Source: an uncultured Bacillales bacterium (GTDB lineage Bacteria; Bacillota_I; Bacilli_A; RF39; UBA660). From it: a DNA stretch of 52,294 bases. The translations under genes were made by a program, and so were the position numbers. The stretch covers positions 1 through 52,294 of the forward strand of contig CAMUXV010000004.1 in assembly GCA_947164795.1 (NCBI GenBank). The letters are read 5' to 3'. How positions within the stretch are numbered: the stretch's first letter is position 1; each line of letters opens with the position of its first letter. This document shows, one piece after another, positions 10,177 through 19,418 of the stretch. The notes under the pieces were generated by a model that saw only the letters and a list, made by a program, of their open reading frames with translations, did not search any database and was not told where the DNA came from.

Positions 10177-13131
10177 TCACTCTTTATTAGTAATTGGAAA
10201 ACAATCTTTCAAATATCCGATATAAACTATTTGAGCATCATTGGTATTATCCTTGCAAGTGATTAGAATAATACTTTTTCTGTCAGTCTTGTAATATAAA
10301 TCGGCATAACCATCTTTTTTTATTTCATAACTATCACTATAAATGTATTCATAAACATTTCCATCTTCATAGTAATTTATAATATCTCCTAATTCTAGTT
10401 TAGAAAGATTTCTAAAAAAGGAATTATAATAATCACCATTATGAGCGGCAAGTACAATAGTATTTGTATTCTCTTTTAGAAGTTCAATATTATGCTTTGC
10501 TTTATTATACTGATTATTTATATCTAATATTCCTCTTTTTAGATTAATAGATGGTATTTCTAATAAAGCCTTATAACGATATTTTTCATCATATGTATTA
10601 TCTATTTTATTTGTAAGATAGGCTTCTACTGCCTTCGTATTCTTAGTCTTATCATTATATATTTGAAAGTGATGAATTATTATAATTGTACATGATAGTA
10701 TTGTTATTACTATACATAAAATGTTTATTGATTTATTACGTATTAGTATTGAAAGAATTACACTAAATAATAGTGATATTATAGAAAAAATAATATAAAT
10801 CCTAGAATTTACTCCTGTATTAGGCACTGATATTCTTTCATTATAAATATCAATTGTTGTTTCTTCCTTATCAATAGTAAATGGAATTTTTTCTTTAAGT
10901 AATTGATATCCAGTAGAGGCTTCTGTTTCTGCTAGATAGTAATTCCCATATTTTAAATCACCTATTACTATTTGTCCATTATCGTCAGTATATCCTCTAT
11001 ATATTATTTCATTATCTTCCTTTCTAATTTCAATTAATGTATTTGGCAAAGGGATATTCATTTCCTTATCAAATTTATTGATGATTAGTTTTCCTTTTTT
11101 GATATAGTTATATATATCTATGCTATTAAGTATTTTTTCGGTATACTGATTTTCGTATGTCAGACTTATATCATAAGTTATATCGCTTACTGAGTTATCT
11201 CCTGATGAAGATATCTCTTTTAGGTAGTAATTTCCTAAAGGAAGATTGTCTACCATAGAATAGCCATTATCATCAGTAGTTAATTCTTCAATCAAATCAT
11301 CTTTACTATAAATTAATTTATTGTTTTGGTATATATTTTCTTTAGAATATAAATCAAAGGACACACCACTTAGAAGTTTTTCTTTGTACTTATATGTATC
11401 ATTTTCATAAATAATATTTTCTCCATACTTATATATTTCTATTTTACCTTTTACTGGTTTATTATAAAATGATAATTCGAGTATCTTTCCATATTCATTA
11501 TCATTTATAAAATTAGAGGACTCTCCTATTTTAAATTCGATTCCTTCATCATTATAAAGGTAACCATTCATTTTTTCATCTATTTCGAATAGTCTGTATG
11601 TTCCAGATGGTAATTCTTCTGGAGTGATAAAAGTTCCATCTGTAACTTCAAATGTATCTATTATTTTTTCTTCTGGATAAGTTATTTTAAATGATACATA
11701 TTCATTATTTTTGACATCGTAGATTTTAAATTTGGCATCTGAATTAGTAATTATTTCTTTTGTATCGAAGTCTTTTTTAATTATTTTTACTTTTGATTTT
11801 ATTTCTGCATCAGTAAACACTTTATAAATTGGTCTTTCATCATTCTCATAAATGGTTATTTGGTGGTCTTCTATTTTCTCATATCCTTCAGTGGTAGTTA
11901 TTTGCCTTAGAGTATATGTCCCATATGGTAATATTGTACTTATATAACCATCTTTATCTGTAGTTAGACTACTCACTAGATTATCATCTTTATCATAAAC
12001 TTCAAATATTATGCCTTCTTCTGGGGTAAGGAGACCTGTAACTGATGAAGAAAGCACTTTAAAAATATCTATTTTTCTTTTTATTACTTCTTCATAGACA
12101 GTTACTGTTACATCCAAATTATCTTTTGTTATGCTTATGGTATAAATATTATCATCTAGTTTATAACCAACACTTGGTTCTATTTCTTTCAGATAATAGT
12201 CTCCTAGGGAAAGATTATCTACTTTTTCTTTTTTTTCTGTTGTAAATGTACCTTTAAGAGTTCCAGTACTATCATATAGATTATATTTGGCGCCTTTTAG
12301 GGTGCCTTCTCCTTGTGCCATATCTCCTTTCTCAATATCTTTTTTATGTATGGTTATTGATCCACTTATAATATTTAATTCTATTTCGCTAGTGACTGGT
12401 TCTACTTTACCTGATGACATCATTTTTTGAGATGCACCATTTGTATAAAGTAAGAATACTTTATCGGTATCAATATTTTTAGTCAACATTATTTTTTCTG
12501 TGTCAATATTTTCATCAATGGTAATGGTATTTCCTTCTATCTGAATGTATCTATTATCACATTTATAGTTAGAAATTACGTTATTTGTGTCTGTTAGTGT
12601 TATAGATTCTCCTTTTACAATATCAATGGTACTACTATCAAATGATGGTTTCCGATAGTGATTATTAATAAGATTGGTTATCTCTTCTTTTTCACTTTCT
12701 ACTTCAATTAGATTATTTGGATTTAAATTAATTACATATTTAACATAAATGTTAGATAATCTATTCCATATAAGTTCTTGGGCAGCCATGTAATACCTAT
12801 CGGTTCTATGACCTGGATAATCATAACCATAGTAACTTACTAATTTTATATATTCTAAATCACTATCTTTTATATTAATACTATTAAATGATGGACTATA
12901 AGAATATAAATTTCCTTCTATGGGCTTTCCTAGTTCTAGACAATAAGCATAGTTTTCTCCAAATACATATTTATTTAGGTAGAGGAACCTATATCTACCG
13001 TAATTATCATCGTAATAGTAAGTATATAGGTCTCCTATCCGCTCTTTTACTAAAGTAACCTCGCTAGCTTTTACATTAGCTTTAGTAAATATAAGTAAAC
13101 AAAAAAATATAAAATACAGTATTTTTTTCAA
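10177..13131 (-). CDS. Surface adhesin (thioester domain, SpaA/CnaB-like repeats, VPNTG) fused to a C-terminal sortase domain
   Basis: TTG start after GGGAGG; signal peptide; YAYC64 and AAQ118ELIW; repeated GxYxLxE...GY pilin domains; VPNTG at aa 769-773; two TM helices; LEIPSINL, LAAH897, LITC959. Confidence 0.88.
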   Translation of the reverse strand: MKKILYFIFFCLLIFTKANVKASEVTLVKERIGDLYTYYYDDNYGRYRFLYLNKYVFGENYAYCLELGKPIEGNLYSYSPSFNSINIKDSDLEYIKLVSYYGYDYPGHRTDRYYMAAQELIWNRLSNIYVKYVINLNPNNLIEVESEKEEITNLINNHYRKPSFDSSTIDIVKGESITLTDTNNVISNYKCDNRYIQIEGNTITIDENIDTEKIMLTKNIDTDKVFLLYTNGASQKMMSSGKVEPVTSEIELNIISGSITIHKKDIEKGDMAQGEGTLKGAKYNLYDSTGTLKGTFTTEKKEKVDNLSLGDYYLKEIEPSVGYKLDDNIYTISITKDNLDVTVTVYEEVIKRKIDIFKVLSSSVTGLLTPEEGIIFEVYDKDDNLVSSLTTDKDGYISTILPYGTYTLRQITTTEGYEKIEDHQITIYENDERPIYKVFTDAEIKSKVKIIKKDFDTKEIITNSDAKFKIYDVKNNEYVSFKITYPEEKIIDTFEVTDGTFITPEELPSGTYRLFEIDEKMNGYLYNDEGIEFKIGESSNFINDNEYGKILELSFYNKPVKGKIEIYKYGENIIYENDTYKYKEKLLSGVSFDLYSKENIYQNNKLIYSKDDLIEELTTDDNGYSMVDNLPLGNYYLKEISSSGDNSVSDITYDISLTYENQYTEKILNSIDIYNYIKKGKLIINKFDKEMNIPLPNTLIEIRKEDNEIIYRGYTDDNGQIVIGDLKYGNYYLAETEASTGYQLLKEKIPFTIDKEETTIDIYNERISVPNTGVNSRIYIIFSIISLLFSVILSILIRNKSINILCIVITILSCTIIIIHHFQIYNDKTKNTKAVEAYLTNKIDNTYDEKYRYKALLEIPSINLKRGILDINNQYNKAKHNIELLKENTNTIVLAAHNGDYYNSFFRNLSKLELGDIINYYEDGNVYEYIYSDSYEIKKDGYADLYYKTDRKSIILITCKDNTNDAQIVYIGYLKDCFPITNKE

Positions 13132-13324
13132 TAAAACCTCCCTTTCAAAAAATTAATTTTTTTCTTCTTTTGCAATTGCAGCCAAAGTATATACCATATT
13201 CACACTTAAAGTCAATTATATTTTTAATCTTTTTTATTTAAAAAAATAAAGAACCTTATTATTTAACGTCTACGCCTTTAAAGTTGGTACTTATGTATTG
13301 GCATACAAGAGTATTAAAAGCATA

Positions 13325-13360
13325 TAAAAAAGCTACCTACAGTCACTTTGTAGATAGGCT
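13325..13360 (-). terminator. Intrinsic terminator downstream of the aquaporin gene
   Basis: - strand CTATCTACA-AAGTGAC-TGTAGGTAG then CTTTTTT. Confidence 0.7.
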
Positions 13361-13386
13361 TATTAGAATCTGTTGATATATTTTGA

Positions 13387-14040
13387 TTATTTGTCTTCTT
13401 TTAATACTGCTTTATAGAAAAGACTTGCAAGTGCTGCCCCAACTAACGGAGCTATAATAAATACCCAAACCTGTTTTAGTGCTTCTCCGCCTTGTAATAT
13501 AGCTGGTGCTAAGCTTCTAGCGGGATTTACACTTGTTCCAGTAAAGGCAATTCCTATTAGGTGTACTAGGGTTAACGTAAGACCTATTACTAAGCCAGCA
13601 ACATTCCCATGATCTTTTTTTGAGGTTACTCCTAGTATTGATGTAACAAAGATAAATGTTAAGATTATCTCTACTAAAAGAGCAATCCACATATTGGTAG
13701 CTAAGTTTCCTGTCATGCCATAAGAATTAGCTCCTAAAGCTTTGCAGCTTCCTAGTAATACTGAAAGTACTGCTGAACCTGCTAATGCTCCTAATACTTG
13801 AGCAATTACATAGCCACAGAACTCTTTTAAAGTCATTTTACCAGTAAGTAACATAGCAAGAGATACAGCTGGATTAATATGACAGCCTGATATATTGCCT
13901 ATAGAATAAGCCATTGCAACAATTACCAAACCAAAAGCAAGCGATGTTGCAACTACATTAGCATTAGTTACTACTGCTACTCCGCAAGCTACTAGTACCA
14001 AAACAAAAGTACCAACAAATTCTGAAAAATATTTTTTCAT
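13387..14040 (-). CDS. aqpZ: MIP-family channel (aquaporin Z-like)
   Basis: SGCHINPAVS and GTSVNPARS NPA motifs, six TM helices. Confidence 0.93.
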   Translation of the reverse strand: MKKYFSEFVGTFVLVLVACGVAVVTNANVVATSLAFGLVIVAMAYSIGNISGCHINPAVSLAMLLTGKMTLKEFCGYVIAQVLGALAGSAVLSVLLGSCKALGANSYGMTGNLATNMWIALLVEIILTFIFVTSILGVTSKKDHGNVAGLVIGLTLTLVHLIGIAFTGTSVNPARSLAPAILQGGEALKQVWVFIIAPLVGAALASLFYKAVLKEDK

Positions 14041-14138
14041 ATATGATTCCTCCTAATATAATTTTACTCGAATATTGATAAAAAATCTAGGCCATTTTGT
14101 AAAATATAGTAAAAACCACTAAAAAAGGAGAATAATTA

Positions 14139-15050
14139 TTATCTCCTTTTCACTAATCTCATATTACTTGCTATTTCTTCTAATTTGTTAGCATTAAATG
14201 TGCTTTCTAGCTTTAAAAGAGTATCTTCTATTTTTTTTAGATGATTACTCATATAAAATATTTGCTCATCAAACATATATAACATGAAATCAAAATATTT
14301 ATTTATTTCACTATTGCAATCATGTTGTAAATCAAAATAAATACTATTTATTATTTTAAAATATGTTTGTTTATTTAATAGAATACTTTTTGACAAATGA
14401 AGTGGTGATATTTTTAAGTTATAATCATATACTTTATTAATTGAGTCAGTAAATTTCATATTTTGAATCATTCTAGATGTTCTACCGTTCCCATCTTTAA
14501 ATGGATGAATTCTCATAATTAATAAGTGAACTAATACACTTTTTATAAATGCATTGTTATTTATTGCTGATACAGATTTACCTTTATATATTTCAATAAA
14601 ATCATCTACAAACCTATGAATATCTTCAGGATTGACTCCATACCAATAAATAGTTTCATTATCTTTATTTTTTCTTCTAACCCAAGCATCTACTTTTCGA
14701 TAATCGTATTCTTCGCTTTCTCCTGATACAAATCTATGTAAATCTTTTATTCTTTTATGACTTATATTTAAACTATCAAAGAAGATGTTTTCTTTTTTTA
14801 TTTCTAGTGGGCTTATTAAATGATTTTCAATTAAATTTGTATCTCTTATTTCACCATCAAATGAAGATAATAGAAAGTAAAAAATTGTTTTATCATCAAA
14901 TTGTATTAATTTATTTATATATTTATCAAATTCTGTTGATGTTTCTTCGACATGAAATAGTACATCTTCAGATAATTTTATTTTGCTTATGTAATCTTTA
15001 AGTGGAAAATATGAAACTCTTTCTAGATTAACACCATTTTCTGGTCCCAT
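14139..15050 (-). CDS. Fic-domain protein, class II-like
   Basis: Canonical HPFKDGNGRTSR; N-terminal TNLIEN matches the (S/T)xxxE(G/N) inhibitory motif; own TTGCAT-17-TATAAT promoter. Confidence 0.9.
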   Translation of the reverse strand: MGPENGVNLERVSYFPLKDYISKIKLSEDVLFHVEETSTEFDKYINKLIQFDDKTIFYFLLSSFDGEIRDTNLIENHLISPLEIKKENIFFDSLNISHKRIKDLHRFVSGESEEYDYRKVDAWVRRKNKDNETIYWYGVNPEDIHRFVDDFIEIYKGKSVSAINNNAFIKSVLVHLLIMRIHPFKDGNGRTSRMIQNMKFTDSINKVYDYNLKISPLHLSKSILLNKQTYFKIINSIYFDLQHDCNSEINKYFDFMLYMFDEQIFYMSNHLKKIEDTLLKLESTFNANKLEEIASNMRLVKRR

Positions 15051-15138
15051 AAAAGCACCCCCTTCTTTATATGACTTGATATTATAGCAAAAAGACGTAA
15101 AAAATGCAAGTTTTATTAAAAAAAGAGCTTAACGCTCT

Positions 15139-15513
15139 CTATTGAAAATCACAGCAACTACCACATTGTTCATTAGTAACTACGTTTTCTTCACAGCAAG
15201 TATATCTTGGTTGAAATGTATGTTTATATATGTGATTGTTTATTACTTTAGTGTTGATTGGGCAAATGTGTGGTACTGTATGATATATGTTTTTATATAC
15301 TACTCTTTCTTTCATTGGTTCTACTACTGGACAAGTCATTGTACCCATTACTGAATCAGCTATCATATTCATTTGTCCTCCACAGCAGCCTCCCATAGTA
15401 TTCATATTTTTATTCATATTCATATTTGTGTTATCGTTATAATTTTTATTGGTTATATTTATATCGATATCACCATCATACATACCTGGATTAAAGCTTT
15501 CAGTATAATTCAT
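15139..15513 (-). CDS. Spore coat protein, CotD-like
   Basis: HTVPHICPINTKVINNHIYKHTFQP resembles the CotD core; Cys/His/Met-rich; upstream CATATGAT resembles a sigE/sigK -10. Confidence 0.65.
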   Translation of the reverse strand: MNYTESFNPGMYDGDIDINITNKNYNDNTNMNMNKNMNTMGGCCGGQMNMIADSVMGTMTCPVVEPMKERVVYKNIYHTVPHICPINTKVINNHIYKHTFQPRYTCCEENVVTNEQCGSCCDFQ

Positions 15514-15609
15514 TATTTTTCCTCCTATCTAACATATCATATGTATATAATCATTTTGTTGATAGTATGGAAGCCCTATTTTTCATTTTAAAAGCTTAGA
15601 AAAAAATGA

Positions 15610-16917
15610 TTAGAATGGTAATTTCATACTACCATTTCCAATCATCTTCATCATTTTCTTCATTTCTTCAAATTGATTTAGTAATTTATTAACGTCTGCT
15701 ACAGTGGTACCAGAACCATCTGCTATTCTTTTCTTTCTACTTGCTTTTAATATACTTGGATTCCTTCTTTCTTCAGGTGTCATTGAAAGTACTATTGCCT
15801 CTGTTTTTTTCATTACTTTAGGGTCAATATTAACATTATTTAAACCCATTTTTTTAGCACCAGGTAATAATTTTAATATATTTTCTAATGGACCTAATTT
15901 TTTTATTTGGTTTAACTGTGCAAGAAAATCATCTAAATCAAAATTACCCTTCATCATTTTTTTAGCGGTCTTTTCAGCTTCTTTTTCATCTATTTCACTT
16001 TCAACCTTTTCTACTATTGAAAGGATATCTCCCATTCCAAGTATTCTTGAAGCCATTCTTTCTGGGTAAAACGATGATAATCCATCCATCTTTTCTGATG
16101 TACCAATAAATTTAATTGGCAAATTGGTTAAATGTTTTACTGATAAAGCTACTCCTCCTCTAGTATCTCCATCTAATTTAGTAAGGATTACTCCTGTTAA
16201 AGATAATTTGTCATCAAATCCTGTTATAACATTAATGGCATCTTGTCCCATCATAGAATCTATTACAAGAATTGTTTCCTGTGGACTTATACTACTATAA
16301 ATATTGGCTAATTCTTCCATTAATTTTTCATCTATTTGTAATCTACCAGCAGTATCGATAAGAACACAGTCATAATTATTGTCTTTTGCATATTTTATGG
16401 CGTTATTGGATATTTCTACAGGGTCTTTTTTACCTTCAGAATATACTTCAATATTTAATTCTTTTCCTAATTGTTTCAACTGTTCAATAGCAGCTGGTCT
16501 ATAAACATCACAAGCTACTAGTAATGGTTTTTTCTTTTCGTTTTTTCTTAAATAATTAGCTAGTTTTCCGATAGTAGTTGTCTTACCACTGCCTTGAAGA
16601 CCAACAAGCATTATTATAGCTGGATTGCCTTTTGTATTTAATGGGGAGTTTTCTCCGCCTAATAGATTTGTTAATTCATCTTTTACAATTTTAACAAACA
16701 CTTCTCCTGGAGATAAGCTTTTATTTACTTCTTCTCCTAGTGCCTTTTCTTTTACATTATTAGTAAATTCTTTTACTACTTTATAGTTAACGTCAGCTTC
16801 AAGAAGAGATAATCTAATTTCTCTCATCATTTCACTAATATTGTCTTCAGTTATTTTTCCATATCCTTTCAGCTTATGCATCACATCTTGTAATCTATCA
16901 CTTAAGCTTTCAAACAT
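15610..16917 (-). CDS. ffh: Signal recognition particle protein Ffh
   Basis: MFESLSDRL, GLQGSGKTT, DTAGR, TKLDGD, Met-rich M domain. Confidence 0.98.
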   Translation of the reverse strand: MFESLSDRLQDVMHKLKGYGKITEDNISEMMREIRLSLLEADVNYKVVKEFTNNVKEKALGEEVNKSLSPGEVFVKIVKDELTNLLGGENSPLNTKGNPAIIMLVGLQGSGKTTTIGKLANYLRKNEKKKPLLVACDVYRPAAIEQLKQLGKELNIEVYSEGKKDPVEISNNAIKYAKDNNYDCVLIDTAGRLQIDEKLMEELANIYSSISPQETILVIDSMMGQDAINVITGFDDKLSLTGVILTKLDGDTRGGVALSVKHLTNLPIKFIGTSEKMDGLSSFYPERMASRILGMGDILSIVEKVESEIDEKEAEKTAKKMMKGNFDLDDFLAQLNQIKKLGPLENILKLLPGAKKMGLNNVNIDPKVMKKTEAIVLSMTPEERRNPSILKASRKKRIADGSGTTVADVNKLLNQFEEMKKMMKMIGNGSMKLPF

Positions 16918-16974
16918 AATATATCACCTATGTACTATTATACATTATTTTTTACACTTTTTTAATAAAAATAG

Positions 16975-17003
16975 TTGATTTTTAATGTTTTTTTTTATAT
17001 AAT
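16975..17003 (+). promoter_or_regulatory. SigA-type promoter of tRNA-Gly
   Basis: TTGATT-17-TATAAT. Confidence 0.7.
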
Positions 17004-17017
17004 AAAGTATGTAATTT

Positions 17018-17092
17018 GCAGATGTGGTTCAACGATTAGAATTCGGCCTTGCCAAGGCTGAGACGGGGGTTTGACTCCCCTCATCTGCTCCA
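17018..17092 (+). tRNA. tRNA-Gly(GCC)
   Basis: Acceptor stem GCAGATG/CATCTGC, discriminator T, encoded CCA, anticodon loop TTGCCAA, T-stem GGGGG/CCCCT. Confidence 0.93.
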
Positions 17093-17105
17093 TTGTGTAA
17101 TGTTA

Positions 17106-17133
17106 ATCAAACTCTTTTGGGTTTGATTTTTTA
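17106..17133 (+). terminator. Intrinsic terminator after tRNA-Gly
   Basis: AATCAAACTC-TTTT-GGGTTTGATT followed by a T tract. Confidence 0.75.
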
Positions 17134-17295
17134 TATTCCCAAATAATCGTCCAAACACAAGATATCACAGGTTTGAAGAAAAATCTATGTTTTTTTGAAG
17201 AATTTTTGTACTATTTACTAGTAGTAGCAGACAAAATGCATTTGATTTGAAGTAAAAATAAAAAGATGAGAAACTTTCCCATCTTTGTTTTCTAA

Positions 17296-17874
17296 TTATT
17301 TCCTATAAGGATAGTCATTTTGTCCTTCTCCACCTACAGGTGTAGGGTCTGGAGTCTTAAAATGATACTCATTATCATGTGATGATTTTTCTCCAATGTA
17401 AGTATAAGTTGCTTTTTGATTATAACCATTGTTTTCAACATAAAATTCAACAGTAACGTATTGCTTTGAATCTTCATCAGAATTTAAATAGTTAATATAT
17501 AATTTAACTTGATCGTTTTTGAATACTCTTACAGTTCCACCACCAGTAGGTTCAGAAACCTCTATACTTCCATTATTTAATTGAATATATGATTCACTAG
17601 AATTCTTATTAACATATTTACCTGCTAAATCACTTGGTATCTCATTAGATATAACTTTACCATTTTGAGTAACAATTATATTACTATTTAATAAATCTGT
17701 TGAAGTATTATTAACATTAGAATTTTCGCCAGTTTGGTTGTTATTTTCATCTACAGTTTCTTTTGAATTCAATTTTATAGTTCCTGTTGCAAATAGTACA
17801 CATAAAATTGCCAAAACGATAATGATTAATCTAAGTAATATACTAACTCCATTCTTATTTTTTTCTCGTTCCAT
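17296..17874 (-). CDS. Hypothetical membrane-anchored exported protein
   Basis: N-terminal hydrophobic helix, Asn/Thr-rich linker, beta-rich domain. Confidence 0.7.
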   Translation of the reverse strand: MEREKNKNGVSILLRLIIIVLAILCVLFATGTIKLNSKETVDENNNQTGENSNVNNTSTDLLNSNIIVTQNGKVISNEIPSDLAGKYVNKNSSESYIQLNNGSIEVSEPTGGGTVRVFKNDQVKLYINYLNSDEDSKQYVTVEFYVENNGYNQKATYTYIGEKSSHDNEYHFKTPDPTPVGGEGQNDYPYRK

Positions 17875-18104
17875 TTCTACTCATTTCTCTATTATAATAA
17901 TAGCATATTCCCATTTATAATTCAACATATATGGAAACACTTTACAATAAAATAAGATTATAACTTGATTATATTTTTTTCTATTAGCGTAATAATCTTT
18001 TTTTGTTATAATTTCACCAATTTAATTATATAGGAAATATGATTAGATTACAATTCTATTTGCATTATTTTCCTTTCTATATTATAATATCTCTCGTGAT
18101 TTTT

Positions 18105-18749
18105 ATGAAGTTATTTAAAAATATTAAATTTAAACCTTTATGTATATCTTTAGGAATGGTTGCGATTCAAACTATATTTTATTATATGGCCAAAGTTTTT
18201 CAAGGAGAACCTAATATAATTGGAGGAATTATAGATACTAAAATACCATTTTGCAATATATTTATTATTCCTTATTGTATTTGGTATGTTCTTATTTTTA
18301 CTGTACCTTATTATTTATACATTAAAGATAAAGATGCTCTTAGCAAATATATTGCTTCTTATGCCATTTGCTCAATATGTGCGGATATTATATTTGTTAT
18401 TTATCCTACTACTATCGTAAGGCCTGTACTTCATAATAATGGTTTTTTTAATTATGCTACTATTTTTATTTATAGTAATGATATGCCTCCGGTTAACTGT
18501 ATGCCAAGTTTGCACTGTGCTGTTAGTATGTTATTTATTTTTACTACTTTTTCCAGTAAGGAAGTATCTAATACTTTTAAAATAATTATATTTATTGTAT
18601 CTATTCTAATTATGATGGCTACTTTATTTATTAAGCAACATGTATTTATTGATTTTTTAACAGGTATTACACTTATGACATATACTTACATCTTTGTTAT
18701 CAACAATAAAAAACTTCTTAACAAAGTAAAAAAATTGTTACAATTGTAG
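18105..18749 (+). CDS. PAP2-family membrane phosphoesterase
   Basis: YPTTIVRP, NCMPSLH, KQHVFID motifs; multiple TM helices; likely start 18105. Confidence 0.85.
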   Translation: MKLFKNIKFKPLCISLGMVAIQTIFYYMAKVFQGEPNIIGGIIDTKIPFCNIFIIPYCIWYVLIFTVPYYLYIKDKDALSKYIASYAICSICADIIFVIYPTTIVRPVLHNNGFFNYATIFIYSNDMPPVNCMPSLHCAVSMLFIFTTFSSKEVSNTFKIIIFIVSILIMMATLFIKQHVFIDFLTGITLMTYTYIFVINNKKLLNKVKKLLQL

Positions 18750-18759
18750 CAATTTTTTA

Positions 18760-19302
18760 TTATTCATCAAAAGTATCAGTTAGTCTTATATAGTCTTGGT
18801 GATATTTCTCAATAGTTTTTTTATTAAATGGATCTTCTTTTTTTCTTACCATATCAATTAAATTTCCTAATTCATACTTTAAAATAAAATCTAATCTACT
18901 AGAATAATGCATTTGTTTCTTATGGTATCTATATTCCATTCTATCTAGTATTTTAAAACTACCATTTGGAAATACTCTTAAATCCAAATCATAATCAATA
19001 TATTTAATTACATGTTCATCTATTATATAAGGTGTTGCTATATTACAATAAAAATATATGCCATAATCCTTTAGTTGTCCTATTATATTGAACCATCTAT
19101 CTTTAAAGAAAAACATAATTGCAGGTTCTTTTGTTTTCCATACTCTCCCATCAGAGTCTACCACTGTTGTTTTATTATTTCCAAAGACTATATAATCATC
19201 TTTAATATCTAATACTATTGCTTCATCCCACTGACGATGTAATTTACCATTATGCTTGTAGCAGTGTATCTCTAATTTATCTCCTATTTTGATATTATCC
19301 AC
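18760..19302 (-). CDS. DUF402 family (YgaC/Ntdp-like nucleotide phosphatase)
   Basis: YKHNGKLHRQW, WKTKEPA, YCNIATP, YIDYDLDL. Confidence 0.9.
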   Translation of the reverse strand: MDNIKIGDKLEIHCYKHNGKLHRQWDEAIVLDIKDDYIVFGNNKTTVVDSDGRVWKTKEPAIMFFFKDRWFNIIGQLKDYGIYFYCNIATPYIIDEHVIKYIDYDLDLRVFPNGSFKILDRMEYRYHKKQMHYSSRLDFILKYELGNLIDMVRKKEDPFNKKTIEKYHQDYIRLTDTFDE

Positions 19303-19418
19303 TTTTACACCTTCGTTCTGGTGTTATTATATAATATTTTTTAAGGTTTTACAATATATTGTTATACTTTTTAGAACAATTGTGTTATAATTAAAATGAA
19401 TAATAAAGGAGGTGCCTT

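Noticed and set aside
15380-15450. CATATT-type short repeats
   Set aside because: They encode the low-complexity NMNMNKNMN segment of the CotD-like protein
17146-17250. ~35-codon open frame after the tRNA terminator
   Set aside because: No convincing start or RBS and no recognisable motif
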